From Acidobacteriota bacterium (GTDB lineage: Bacteria; Acidobacteriota; UBA890; WLXD01), in assembly GCA_029263295.1 (NCBI GenBank), contig JAJCXT010000090.1:390-64389 (forward strand): a DNA stretch of 64,000 bases, given 5' to 3'. Numbering within the stretch: position 1 is the stretch's first letter; every line of letters starts with the position of its first letter. Below the pieces are notes generated by a model. It did not search any database. It worked only from the letters and a program-made list of their open reading frames with translations, and was not told where the DNA came from. A program made the translations under genes and the position numbers. Below, in pieces: positions 43,861 to 52,838 of the stretch.

Positions 43861-45468
43861 GTGATGTCGATTCTCACTAGCAGCCGCGCCCGCCGCGGAC
43901 TCATGATCGTGTGCCTCGCGTCCGGCTTGCTCGTGATTGGAGCGCTCGGGTACGAGGCCATCAGCGCCGCGCGAGCACAGCGACAAACGGTCGAATCGGT
44001 GCTCCGTGACTACGCTGAGCTGGCCGCCGAGCAGTACGCCGGCAGCACCGCAATGACGCTCGATTACAACTGGCTCTTCCCCGCGCTCCGCCAGCTACGT
44101 TCAGATGGCGACGCCTTGAGCGTCCCGGCTCCGGACACGGTGATCAACACCCAGGGTGGGGAGCGCCGGCTCGGCGACCTGGCAAAGCGGTTCTTCGCGA
44201 TCCCGATCGTCGGCGGGACGGTCCGCAGCCCCGAGGGCTGGCCCTCGATCGAGGGCTACGACACGATCCGCGACCGGATCGTGCAGCAGGCGAAGGTGGC
44301 GCTGGAGGAAGGCTGGCCGATCGCGGCGTTTGTCGACGACAGTTCCGACGCAGAGCGCTTGATCGCATACGCCATCACCGGTTCAGAGCCCGAAAAACGC
44401 ATGGTCGTCGGATTCACGGCCAACCTTGCCACCTTCGGACCCATCCTGACTCCCGCCCTCCGGGCAGATCGCGTCCTACCGCGCAGCCTGGTCGACGCCC
44501 AACCGGGCAACGACCTGATCTCGGTGCGCATCTCGACGCCCGAAGGGCGCACGCTATACGAGGCCGGACCCGGGTTCGATCCGACGTATTCTTCCGCCGC
44601 TAGTCTCGGCCCGCGGCTGGGCAATCTTCGTGTCGAGACCGCGATACCAGTGGCTTCCGCAAGTCGCCTGGTTATCGGCGGCCTTCCGTACTCGCGTATC
44701 CCGGCGGTCGCCGCGATGCTGCTGGTAACCCTCGCTCTCACCGCCGGCGGCATGCTCCTGCTGCGGCAGGAGCGCGATCTTGTGCGCTTGCGCGAGCGCT
44801 TCGTCGCCGGTGCCTCGCACGAACTGCGAACTCCGCTCGCCCAGATCCGCATGTTCGCCGAGACCCTGCGGCTGGACCGTGTCCGTTCCGATGAGGAGCG
44901 GCAGCGATCACTCGAGATCATGGATCGCGAGGCGCGCCGGCTTACCTATCTGGTGGAGAACCTGCTGCAGTTCTCGCGAGCACGTGCCGGTCAGATGCGC
45001 AGCGCGCCGGAGCAGGTGGAGTTGCGTAGTTTCAGCGCTGATGTCCTCGAAGCGTTCCGTCCGCTGGCTGCCGCCCGCGACGCCATCGTCCGGGTGACAG
45101 CGCCTGATGAGGTGACCGCTCTCGCAGATCGCGACATGCTCGCTCAGGTGCTGCTAAATCTCCTCGACAACGCGACCAAGTACGGCCCAGAGGGTCAGAC
45201 CATCACCGTGTCCGTGAACCAACAGGGAGACGGCACTGTTGCCCTGCAGGTAGATGACGAGGGGCCAGGCGTGCCACCGGCGCACCGCGGCAAGATCTGG
45301 GAGCGCTTCTGGCGTGGCCCGAACACTGACCACACGACCGGAACCGGTATCGGCCTGGCGCTGGTGAAGGAACTCGTCGAACTGCAGCACGGGTCGATCG
45401 CGGTCGCAGCGGCGCCGGGCGGTGGTGCTCGCTTCGAGGTATTCCTGCAGCAGGGGGTGACGGCATGA
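43861..45468 (+). CDS. Sensor histidine kinase (two TM segments, periplasmic sensor domain, HisKA + HATPase_c)
   Basis: H-box is FVAGASHELRTPL. N-box is LLNLLDNATKYG. G-boxes are DEGPGVP and GTGIGLALV. The start is GTG 43861 or ATG 43864. Confidence 0.9.
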   Translation: MMSILTSSRARRGLMIVCLASGLLVIGALGYEAISAARAQRQTVESVLRDYAELAAEQYAGSTAMTLDYNWLFPALRQLRSDGDALSVPAPDTVINTQGGERRLGDLAKRFFAIPIVGGTVRSPEGWPSIEGYDTIRDRIVQQAKVALEEGWPIAAFVDDSSDAERLIAYAITGSEPEKRMVVGFTANLATFGPILTPALRADRVLPRSLVDAQPGNDLISVRISTPEGRTLYEAGPGFDPTYSSAASLGPRLGNLRVETAIPVASASRLVIGGLPYSRIPAVAAMLLVTLALTAGGMLLLRQERDLVRLRERFVAGASHELRTPLAQIRMFAETLRLDRVRSDEERQRSLEIMDREARRLTYLVENLLQFSRARAGQMRSAPEQVELRSFSADVLEAFRPLAAARDAIVRVTAPDEVTALADRDMLAQVLLNLLDNATKYGPEGQTITVSVNQQGDGTVALQVDDEGPGVPPAHRGKIWERFWRGPNTDHTTGTGIGLALVKELVELQHGSIAVAAAPGGGARFEVFLQQGVTA

Positions 45469-46172
45469 GCCGTGTTCTGGTTGTCGAAGACAACACCGAT
45501 CTGGCCTATGGTCTGCGCAACAACCTCGAGATCGAAGGCTATGAGGTAGTAGTAGCTGCCGACGGCGAAGAGGGTCTGCGTATCGGTTCGCAGCCGTCCG
45601 AACCGCCCGACGTGATCATTCTCGACCTCATGCTCCCGAAGCTCGATGGCTTCCGGGTTCTGAGTGAACTGCGACGCCAGGGAATCGGTGTCCCCGTGCT
45701 GATCCTGACAGCCCGTGGAGAGGAAGCCGACGTCGTGCGCGGCCTGCGGCTCGGTGCCGACGACTACGTGACCAAGCCCTTCGGCATTCTCGAACTGCTC
45801 GCCCGCGTCGAGGCCCTGCTGCGCCGCGGCGCCGACGACCCGGCGGCCGAGCCCGAGCGGCTGGTCGGCTACGGCGATGTCCAGATCGACCTTGCCGCCC
45901 GCACAGTCCACCGCAAGGGAAGCGCAGTCTCGCTAACGCCCAAGGAATTCGATCTTCTCGTTACGCTGCTGCGCCGCGACGGCGCCGTCGCATCGCGCGT
46001 CGAATTGATCCAGGAAGTCTGGGGCTATCCGTCGTCGGTCGTCACCCGCACAGTCGACACGCACATCGGAGAGCTGCGCGCCAAGCTAGAGCCGGACCCA
46101 GCCGCGCCGCGACACATCCTGACTGTCCCGCGGGTCGGCTACAGGCTGGCGCAGGACGGCTCCACGAACTGA
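45465..46172 (+). CDS. OmpR-family response regulator
   Basis: ATGA overlap with the kinase gene. The receiver domain has DVIILDLMLPKLDG. The C-terminal winged helix has LTPKEFDLLVTLL...VDTHIGELRAKLE...TVPRVGYRL. Confidence 0.95.
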   Translation: MSRVLVVEDNTDLAYGLRNNLEIEGYEVVVAADGEEGLRIGSQPSEPPDVIILDLMLPKLDGFRVLSELRRQGIGVPVLILTARGEEADVVRGLRLGADDYVTKPFGILELLARVEALLRRGADDPAAEPERLVGYGDVQIDLAARTVHRKGSAVSLTPKEFDLLVTLLRRDGAVASRVELIQEVWGYPSSVVTRTVDTHIGELRAKLEPDPAAPRHILTVPRVGYRLAQDGSTN

Positions 46173-46185
46173 CGCGCGGCCGATA

Positions 46186-48837
46186 TCAGTCCGTTCGCAG
46201 CGCTTCCAGCGGATCGACTCGACTCGCACGCAATGCCGGCAGCCAGCTCGCTACGAGCGCCGTCAACAGGAGCAGGCCGACAGCCAGCCCGAAGGCCAAC
46301 GGATCAGCGGTACTGACCTCGAACATGAACATGCGGAGCAACCTCGTCGCGGCGAGGGCCCCGAGTATTCCGATCACCAGACCCGCGCCAGCCTGCAACA
46401 TGGCCGCGCGCAGAACCAGTTTGACGACTTGCTGCGCCCGTGCGCCCAGCGCCATCCGGACGCCTATCTCCTGCTGCCGGCGAGTGATCGCGAACGCCAT
46501 CACCGCGTAGAGCCCCAGGCACGAGAGAAAGAGCGCGATCAGACCCAGCGTCGCGAACAGGGCGGAGGTAAACCGCCATCCGAAGGTGGCCTCTTTGAGC
46601 AGGCTCCGCAAGGGAACGATAGAGAAGAGTGGCAGCTCGGCGTCGATCGCTCTCACGGTCTCCCTTAACGACGCCGTGAGCGTTTCGAGGTCCGCATCGG
46701 AACGGACCATCAGGCCCATGTTGCGTAGGGGCTCCGCCCGGTAGGGCGTGTAAATGACCGGTTGGTCCGGCAGGAAGTCCATCGGCAGCGAGTGCAGAAT
46801 CCTCGGCGCGATACCGACCACACGCATCCACTCGACATCATCCCCGCCGTCCCAGCGCAGCCTCTTGCCGAGCGCGTCCTCTCCCGGCCAGAAACGATCG
46901 GCGAAGCGTTGTTCGATTACCACTACGCGCTCGCCCGCCCGGCCGTCGGAATTGGTAAAGAACCGTCCGCGCTGTGGATCAACTCTTGCCAGATCGAAGT
47001 AGCCTGTGCCGACGATGACCTGCGTGACCGACTGCGGCGCGTGCCCCTCCGTCAGAGGCAAGTCTTCGATCTCGGCCGCCACCGTGAACCCACCACGCGA
47101 TGGGAAGTTCGACGCGATTGCCACATCCTGCACTCCGGGCACGGCGCGCAGCTGCGCAGCGAGCTGGTCGTGGAAGGCGATACGGCTCTCAGGCCCAGGG
47201 TAACTGTCCTGCGCAAGCGCCAGCCGCACCGTCAGAAGATCGGTGTCCAGACCCCAGTCCACGCGTTCCAGGTTCATCGCGCTGCGCGTCATTACTCCCG
47301 CTCCAGCAAGCAGGACAATGGCAAGCGACACCTGGACGACGACCAACACACTGGTCAGCCGTTGAGTGCGCGCCGAACTCGATCCGCGCGCTCCATCCTT
47401 GAGCACGTCCCCGACATTGGCTCGTGTCGCCTGCAGTGCAGGCGCGAATCCGAATACCAGGCCAGTGGCAACGGCAAGTGTCGCAATCAGCGCGAAGATG
47501 TCCGGTGGAACCGTGAAGTCCCACCAGGACGGAGCCCCACTTTCCGCGAAAGTCGCCGCGAGGCCCCGGTAACCCCAGACGGCAATCACGATACCTCCGG
47601 CGCCGCCCGCCGCGCTCATCAGCATGCTCTCGACCAGCAGCTGTCGAATCACTCGCCAGCGACTAGCGCCGAGCGCCATACGAACCGCTACCTCGCGTCC
47701 TCGGTGGAGAATGCGAGAGATCAGAAGGTTGGCGACATTGGCGCAGGCAATCAGCAGCAGCATCCCGACCGCTCCCATCATGATGAACGCGATGGCGCTA
47801 TTGCCCGAGTCGCCGTAGCGCCCTCGGAACGTGCGCACCACCGTGGAGATGTCTTCGTTGGTATCGGGATGGGCGTCTGCCAGCCGCGCGGAAATCCGCT
47901 CGAGTTCGGCCGCAGCCTGCGCCCCGATCGCCTCCGGCGCGAGGCGACCGACAATGCTGTAGTACCGCTTGTCTCGTTCGGTCTCGAGTTCTGCCGTGCG
48001 GGTAACCGGCACCCAGATATCCGGCAGAAACGGCGTGGATTGAAGGTCTCGGGGCAGCACACCGACGATGGTCCGGTCGCGGCCCTGAACCCGAACCGAG
48101 CGACCGACGATGTTCGGGTCACCCCCATAGCGACTCTGCCAGGTGCCATAGCCGACCAGCACGACGGCATCGGCCTCTGGCGCACCGTCAGCGTCGCGGA
48201 GGCGACGCCCCAGCGGGGGCTGGAAGCCGAGCACATCGAAGATCGAGGGGCTCACATACGCACCAACGATTCGTTCAGGAAGTTCCCCGCCCTCAGCCAC
48301 GATGAAATTCGCGCTCCGCCACAAGGCGAAGCTCTCGAAAGAAACCGACGCCGCGGCGAAGTCCGTGAAGTCCGGATAGGACGACGACGAACGCCAGTTG
48401 TCGCGTGACAGATCCAGCGCCGAGACGAACCGAATGCGTTCGGCTCCTTCGAACGGCAACTCCATGAGGACCATCGTGTGGAGCAGGGAGTACACAACGC
48501 CGTTGAATCCCAGCCCTACTGCGAGGGTGATGATGATCACCACCGTGGTTCCCGGTGACTTGGCGAGCATGCGCAGTCCGAAGCGAAGATCATGCATCCA
48601 CGACTGGCCGGCACCACCCGAGGACCTGTGCGAGCCGCCGCGTCGCGGGGCCCACATGCGCGGATGCAGAAGACCTGCTACCTGTCGCCAATACCAGCGC
48701 CTCGAACCGGGGAGCCCCGCTTCGAGGACCTCGGCGTACTTCTCGTCCAGCGCCTGGACCGCGCCTTCACGGTCCGATTTCGGCAGGAGCAGTCGCAGAA
48801 GTCCGCGTGCCAGGCGCGGTGATCGAGAGGCCTTCAC
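46186..48837 (-). CDS. Duplicated FtsX/MacB-type permease (ADOP family), second copy
   Basis: The GTG start overlaps the PadR stop (GTGA). It has the same architecture as 39502..42243. Confidence 0.85.
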   Translation of the reverse strand: MKASRSPRLARGLLRLLLPKSDREGAVQALDEKYAEVLEAGLPGSRRWYWRQVAGLLHPRMWAPRRGGSHRSSGGAGQSWMHDLRFGLRMLAKSPGTTVVIIITLAVGLGFNGVVYSLLHTMVLMELPFEGAERIRFVSALDLSRDNWRSSSSYPDFTDFAAASVSFESFALWRSANFIVAEGGELPERIVGAYVSPSIFDVLGFQPPLGRRLRDADGAPEADAVVLVGYGTWQSRYGGDPNIVGRSVRVQGRDRTIVGVLPRDLQSTPFLPDIWVPVTRTAELETERDKRYYSIVGRLAPEAIGAQAAAELERISARLADAHPDTNEDISTVVRTFRGRYGDSGNSAIAFIMMGAVGMLLLIACANVANLLISRILHRGREVAVRMALGASRWRVIRQLLVESMLMSAAGGAGGIVIAVWGYRGLAATFAESGAPSWWDFTVPPDIFALIATLAVATGLVFGFAPALQATRANVGDVLKDGARGSSSARTQRLTSVLVVVQVSLAIVLLAGAGVMTRSAMNLERVDWGLDTDLLTVRLALAQDSYPGPESRIAFHDQLAAQLRAVPGVQDVAIASNFPSRGGFTVAAEIEDLPLTEGHAPQSVTQVIVGTGYFDLARVDPQRGRFFTNSDGRAGERVVVIEQRFADRFWPGEDALGKRLRWDGGDDVEWMRVVGIAPRILHSLPMDFLPDQPVIYTPYRAEPLRNMGLMVRSDADLETLTASLRETVRAIDAELPLFSIVPLRSLLKEATFGWRFTSALFATLGLIALFLSCLGLYAVMAFAITRRQQEIGVRMALGARAQQVVKLVLRAAMLQAGAGLVIGILGALAATRLLRMFMFEVSTADPLAFGLAVGLLLLTALVASWLPALRASRVDPLEALRTD

Positions 48838-49154
48838 TGGGCCAACTCCAGCCCATCCCAGAGGCGGTCGAGAAGCTGGCGCGATTGCGCCAGTGCTTTC
48901 TTGCCTTCGGCCGACAGTTCGAAATGACGCTTGGCACGCCCCCCCGGCCGGGGCGACGGGGTGCCCATTTGCGAGACGACCAGCCCCTTCTTCCCAAGCC
49001 GCGAGAGCGTTACATAAACCGCTGGTACCGAGACCGACTTGCCGGTGATGCGCTCGAGCTCGCCGTGGATCGAAACCGCGTACGCGCCCTCGCCGACCCG
49101 CGCCAGAGCCAGCATGACGATCTGCTCGAATTCACCCAGGAACGTCCTACCCAC
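48834..49154 (-). CDS. PadR-family transcriptional regulator (ADOP-associated type)
   Basis: GGAGG SD precedes the GTG start. FLGEFEQIVMLALARVGEGAYAVSIHGELERITGKSVSVPAVYVTLSRLGKKGLV is present. Confidence 0.9.
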   Translation of the reverse strand: MGRTFLGEFEQIVMLALARVGEGAYAVSIHGELERITGKSVSVPAVYVTLSRLGKKGLVVSQMGTPSPRPGGRAKRHFELSAEGKKALAQSRQLLDRLWDGLELAQ

Positions 49155-49170
49155 GACTACCTCCGGTTTA

Positions 49171-49218
49171 ATTCCCTAACAACTTTAGATGTTTAATTCT
49201 AAACAAGTCGTAGGGAAT
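49171..49218. promoter_or_regulatory. Nested inverted repeats in an AT-rich PadR/ADOP promoter region
   Basis: The outer inverted repeat is attcccta (49171-49178) with tagggaat (49211-49218). The inner repeat is tttaga (49184-49189) with tctaaa (49198-49203). A direct repeat gtttaattc occurs twice. Confidence 0.35.
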
Positions 49219-49263
49219 ACGCGGCACCGCGGGCAAAGGTTCCAGAAAATCTTCGACCTCCTC

Positions 49264-50895
49264 CTATTCGGGCTTCGCGCGAAGGACGAATTGCTGCTCT
49301 TCGCCAACCGCGATCTCGAAGTAAATCAGGTCGAAATCGCCGAGCTGGCTCCACCCCTCGAGCTGGTACTCGCCGGGAGTCAGCGGGATGCGGGTGCTGG
49401 TGTAGCTGATGGTGTCGTTCACCCAGCGACCGTCCTCGTTCTTTCGACTCAGGAACACCCGCGCGTCACGCCCCGCCGAACCATCGGCGTTCTGGTAGCT
49501 GATCGTGACGTGACCCACCGGGACCTCGATGACGAACTCCTGTTTTGGCTCAGTGGTAAGAACCAGACCCTCGTAGATATAGGGCGTGAGCTCCAGGAGC
49601 AGGTGAAGGTCGTACGTACCCGGCAACGCCCGGACGCCGTTGCGGCGATGCACCCGGTACGCCTTCTCGCCGTCCTGCCACAGCTCCGGGTTGGAGCGGA
49701 ACCAGACACCGCTGTTCGCCGAGACGATCTTGATCTGGGCGTGCACGGTCTGGACGAGCTCGAACAGGATCTCCTTGTGCTCGCCGGCGGCAAGCGTCTC
49801 GGAGACGGCCAGCTCGTTGTCGTCGTTCGGGTTGCTGCGAAATTCGTACGTACCAGGATCAACGTAGGCGCGATCGATGGAGCGGAAGCCGAAGACTTCC
49901 TCGTCCCCCGCGAACGCGGTAACGAACGATCCCCGACGCTCCTCGCCGAGTTCCACGAACTTCGCGGTTACGGATGGCGGTTCGGGAACCACGACCGCCA
50001 GATCGGTGTCGCCCGTGGCGGCCACCGTGGCCGTCGCGGTAACCGGCTGATAGAGATTGCCATTCCGGGTCCTGACCCCGACTGTGACCTCTACCTCGCC
50101 GGCCGGTACGCGATTGTGGCCGTTGCTCGACACCTCGATCGGCTCACCGCCTTCCCAGCGCGCCGTGCCCTGCACCCGCATCCGCTCGCCGGCTTCGTTG
50201 GTAGCAATGATGTCGAGGACTCGCCATTCTGCTTCGAGCTCGCTCGCCGGCGCCGTCGCCCCGATCGAGTCCTGACGAATCGACTCCAGACTGGCGATTA
50301 GCTCGTCCACCGACTGCGCATCGCGGTAAGGAGTGCCGGCGGCCTCGGAGATACAGGCCATCGCCGTGCGCTCTTTCTCCTCCAGACCCAGGCCAACCAC
50401 GTGCACACCGATGTTGATGTTCTTGTCGCGCCATTCCCGCATGAGCGCGCAAGGATCTTCTCCGCACGTCTCGATGCCATCCGATATCAGGATGATGTCG
50501 CCCGGGCGATCGCCGAAGTCTTCCAACGCGGCTCGCAGACTGCTCGAGATCGGCGTCCTGCCCTTCGGATTCACCTGATCGGCGAACTCCGACATGCGCG
50601 CAATCGCGTCCTGCGGAGGAGAGAACGGCACGACCAGTTCGATGTCGGAGCAGTCACCCTCGCGCCGGTGGCCATACACCCGGAAGGCCAGCTCCCGCCC
50701 GGTGTAGTCCTCGACATGGAAACTCTGGAGCACCTCGCGGGCGGCCGTGATCTTGTGCGTTCCGTCGGGCAACTGGCCCCACATCGAGCCAGAGCCATCG
50801 AGGATGATGTAGAGACCAGGCTCTGCATCCTGGGCTACGAGGGGCGCGCAGAGCGCGAGGGTGAGAACAACGGCAAGAACAGGTGCGCGCTTCAT
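49264..50895 (-). CDS. Secreted VWA-domain protein with C-terminal repeated beta-sandwich modules
   Basis: ATG 50895 gives signal peptide MKRAPVLAVVLTLALCAPLVAQ. MIDAS-type motif is ILDGSGSM. ISDGIETCG is present. The C-terminus has repeats with PGTYEF, PGTYDL and PGEYQL. Confidence 0.8.
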   Translation of the reverse strand: MKRAPVLAVVLTLALCAPLVAQDAEPGLYIILDGSGSMWGQLPDGTHKITAAREVLQSFHVEDYTGRELAFRVYGHRREGDCSDIELVVPFSPPQDAIARMSEFADQVNPKGRTPISSSLRAALEDFGDRPGDIILISDGIETCGEDPCALMREWRDKNINIGVHVVGLGLEEKERTAMACISEAAGTPYRDAQSVDELIASLESIRQDSIGATAPASELEAEWRVLDIIATNEAGERMRVQGTARWEGGEPIEVSSNGHNRVPAGEVEVTVGVRTRNGNLYQPVTATATVAATGDTDLAVVVPEPPSVTAKFVELGEERRGSFVTAFAGDEEVFGFRSIDRAYVDPGTYEFRSNPNDDNELAVSETLAAGEHKEILFELVQTVHAQIKIVSANSGVWFRSNPELWQDGEKAYRVHRRNGVRALPGTYDLHLLLELTPYIYEGLVLTTEPKQEFVIEVPVGHVTISYQNADGSAGRDARVFLSRKNEDGRWVNDTISYTSTRIPLTPGEYQLEGWSQLGDFDLIYFEIAVGEEQQFVLRAKPE

Positions 50896-51017
50896 CGGAC
50901 TCCCGGCGTCAGGACAAACAGGTCGCCGCGGGGGCCGCGCGGCGTGGGCCGGTCGATAATAGCGCGCTCGGCGGGTGAGACGGAGCGGCCTGGGGTTCTC
51001 GCGGGTCGAGGCCTTGA

Positions 51018-51058
51018 CACTATTCCAACTAGTGCCATAGGCTGAAGCCACTATTCCA
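51018..51058. repeat. 10-bp direct repeat pair in a divergent intergenic region
   Basis: cactattcca occurs at 51018-51027 and 51049-51058, 31 bp apart. The first copy overlaps a TTGACA hexamer (51014-51019). Confidence 0.3.
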
Positions 51059-51139
51059 TTTCGTGTTATAGCCGCGGAATCGCCACCGGCACCTATCCGC
51101 TGCCCCGCAACACGAAGCCGCCTTCCCCCCAAGGAACAG

Positions 51140-52549
51140 ATGATGATTCGTCGTCTGCTGATGATCGTAGGTCTCGCTATCGGTGTGGCGGCAACCGCTC
51201 TTGTGGCGCAGATCCTGGTGACGCCGCCAGCAACCTCGCCGATAGCCCAGGCCCAGCCAGCAACAACGTCACCTACCGCTCGGGCCGACGACCTGAAACA
51301 GCTGCGTCGATGGATGACTCTCGATCAGAGTTTCAGTGTCGAGGCACGCAGCGCGGCTGAAACGCTGCTCGCAGAGTACGAACGCGATGCCGGGGAGTAT
51401 ACGGATGCCGAGTTCTACATGGCGGTTCGACGGCTGGTAGGACTCGCCGAGAACGGCCATTCGAACGTCTCCACCGGGCCGATCTACCGTCGGTTCGGTC
51501 TGCTGCCGCTACGCACGTACTGGTTCTCGGACGGGCTGTACGTGGTCCGAGCGCGGCGCGACCACGAAGCACTGCTTGGCGCACGTATTACCGCGATCGA
51601 CGGCACGCCGGTGAAGGAACTCGAAGAGATCCTGATGCAGTATCACGGCGGTCACCGGGGCGCGTTTCGGCGCTACGCCGGCCTACCGCTGATGCTCTCG
51701 CCGCCGATCCTGCACGCGGTCGGCCTGGCTGCGAATCCCGAACGACTCGCGTTGGACATAGTGGGCGCCGACGGGGAACCCGCCGCGACGACGGTCGCAA
51801 TGCAGGCTGCCCCGGTCAGCGCAGGCTATGTACCGCCGTGGGTGCTGCTTCTGCCCATTCAGCTGCGAGGCGAGGATGAGGGCTGGCTGACCGTGCGCGA
51901 CCGCGACGCCCCGCTACCACTCTACTTTCGCGAAGGGGCGGAACGGTTTCGCTATCACCGCCTCGAGCGAGATGTGGCCTACATCCAGCTGCGCGCCAAC
52001 ATCGGCGTGGACGGCAACCGGTTGAAAGACTTCACCAAGGAGGTCAAGGAGCAGCTCGAACACAGCCCGCCACGCGCCATCATTCTCGACAATCGCCAGA
52101 ACGGTGGTGGCGACCTGACACGCTCCGCCGACTTCGCGCTCGAGTTGCCCGAACTGGTGCAGGACGGCGGCAAGGTGTACGTGCTCACGGATCAGGCCAC
52201 CTTCTCGGCTGGCATCTACACGTCGTTCTTCCCGAAAGCGGCCAACGCCGAGCGCACCGTGATCGTCGGTGAGCACGTCGGTGACTTCACGCGTTTCTGG
52301 GCCGAGGCCCCTGACGGTGTCCAGTTGCCCGACATTGGCACGCGGATCGGCTACGCCACGCAAATGCACGATATCGGTATCGGGTGCGATGACCGTACGA
52401 TTTGCCACCTCGCCAGGCGCGGCAAGTGGAACATCGCGGTCGGCTCGCTGGACCCTGATATCTCGGTGCCGACTACATTCGCCGACTTCGCCGTCGGGTT
52501 CGACCCGGTGTTGGAGCGCGCACTCCACGAGATCGCCGAGTCACCGTGA
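51140..52549 (+). CDS. S41-family (tail-specific/C-terminal processing type) serine peptidase
   Basis: Signal/TM N-terminus is present. IILDNRQNGGGDL and TDQATFSAG are typical S41 catalytic-domain motifs. Confidence 0.7.
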   Translation: MMIRRLLMIVGLAIGVAATALVAQILVTPPATSPIAQAQPATTSPTARADDLKQLRRWMTLDQSFSVEARSAAETLLAEYERDAGEYTDAEFYMAVRRLVGLAENGHSNVSTGPIYRRFGLLPLRTYWFSDGLYVVRARRDHEALLGARITAIDGTPVKELEEILMQYHGGHRGAFRRYAGLPLMLSPPILHAVGLAANPERLALDIVGADGEPAATTVAMQAAPVSAGYVPPWVLLLPIQLRGEDEGWLTVRDRDAPLPLYFREGAERFRYHRLERDVAYIQLRANIGVDGNRLKDFTKEVKEQLEHSPPRAIILDNRQNGGGDLTRSADFALELPELVQDGGKVYVLTDQATFSAGIYTSFFPKAANAERTVIVGEHVGDFTRFWAEAPDGVQLPDIGTRIGYATQMHDIGIGCDDRTICHLARRGKWNIAVGSLDPDISVPTTFADFAVGFDPVLERALHEIAESP

Positions 52550-52700
52550 AACGGCGCCGAAGATGTCCGCCTGACGCCCGGCGCCCAGTTTCGACCTCTT
52601 CAGCGCGGCGGTGAACACCGCATAGAAGCGGCGCCGGCCACCGGCGCGGCCAACGTAGTCACCCAAGAAGATATTCGACTCGTTGACCCGTTCGTCGTCG
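52541..52700 (-). pseudogene. 3'-terminal remnant of a BNR-propeller gene (paralog of 53490..55031)
   Basis: It encodes ...IFLGDYVGRAGGRRRFYAVFTAALKRSKLGAGRQADIFGAVSR. The paralog ends ...IFLGDYVGLAGSDDGFYAVFTAALKRSKLGAGRQSDIFGAASR. By eye I count about 7 mismatches in the first ~90 nt, including a 42-nt identical run. No propeller body lies upstream. Confidence 0.6.
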
Positions 52701-52838
52701 GCTTCCCCGAGCCACAGAAGTGGTGGGACGGGGCCCCATGCCACAGTAGAACCATACCAGTCATGGCGTCGGGTACGACCTGGGACATAGAATCGCGCCG
52801 TGAGCCTCACCACAGAAACTCGCCCATGAGGAGTCTGC

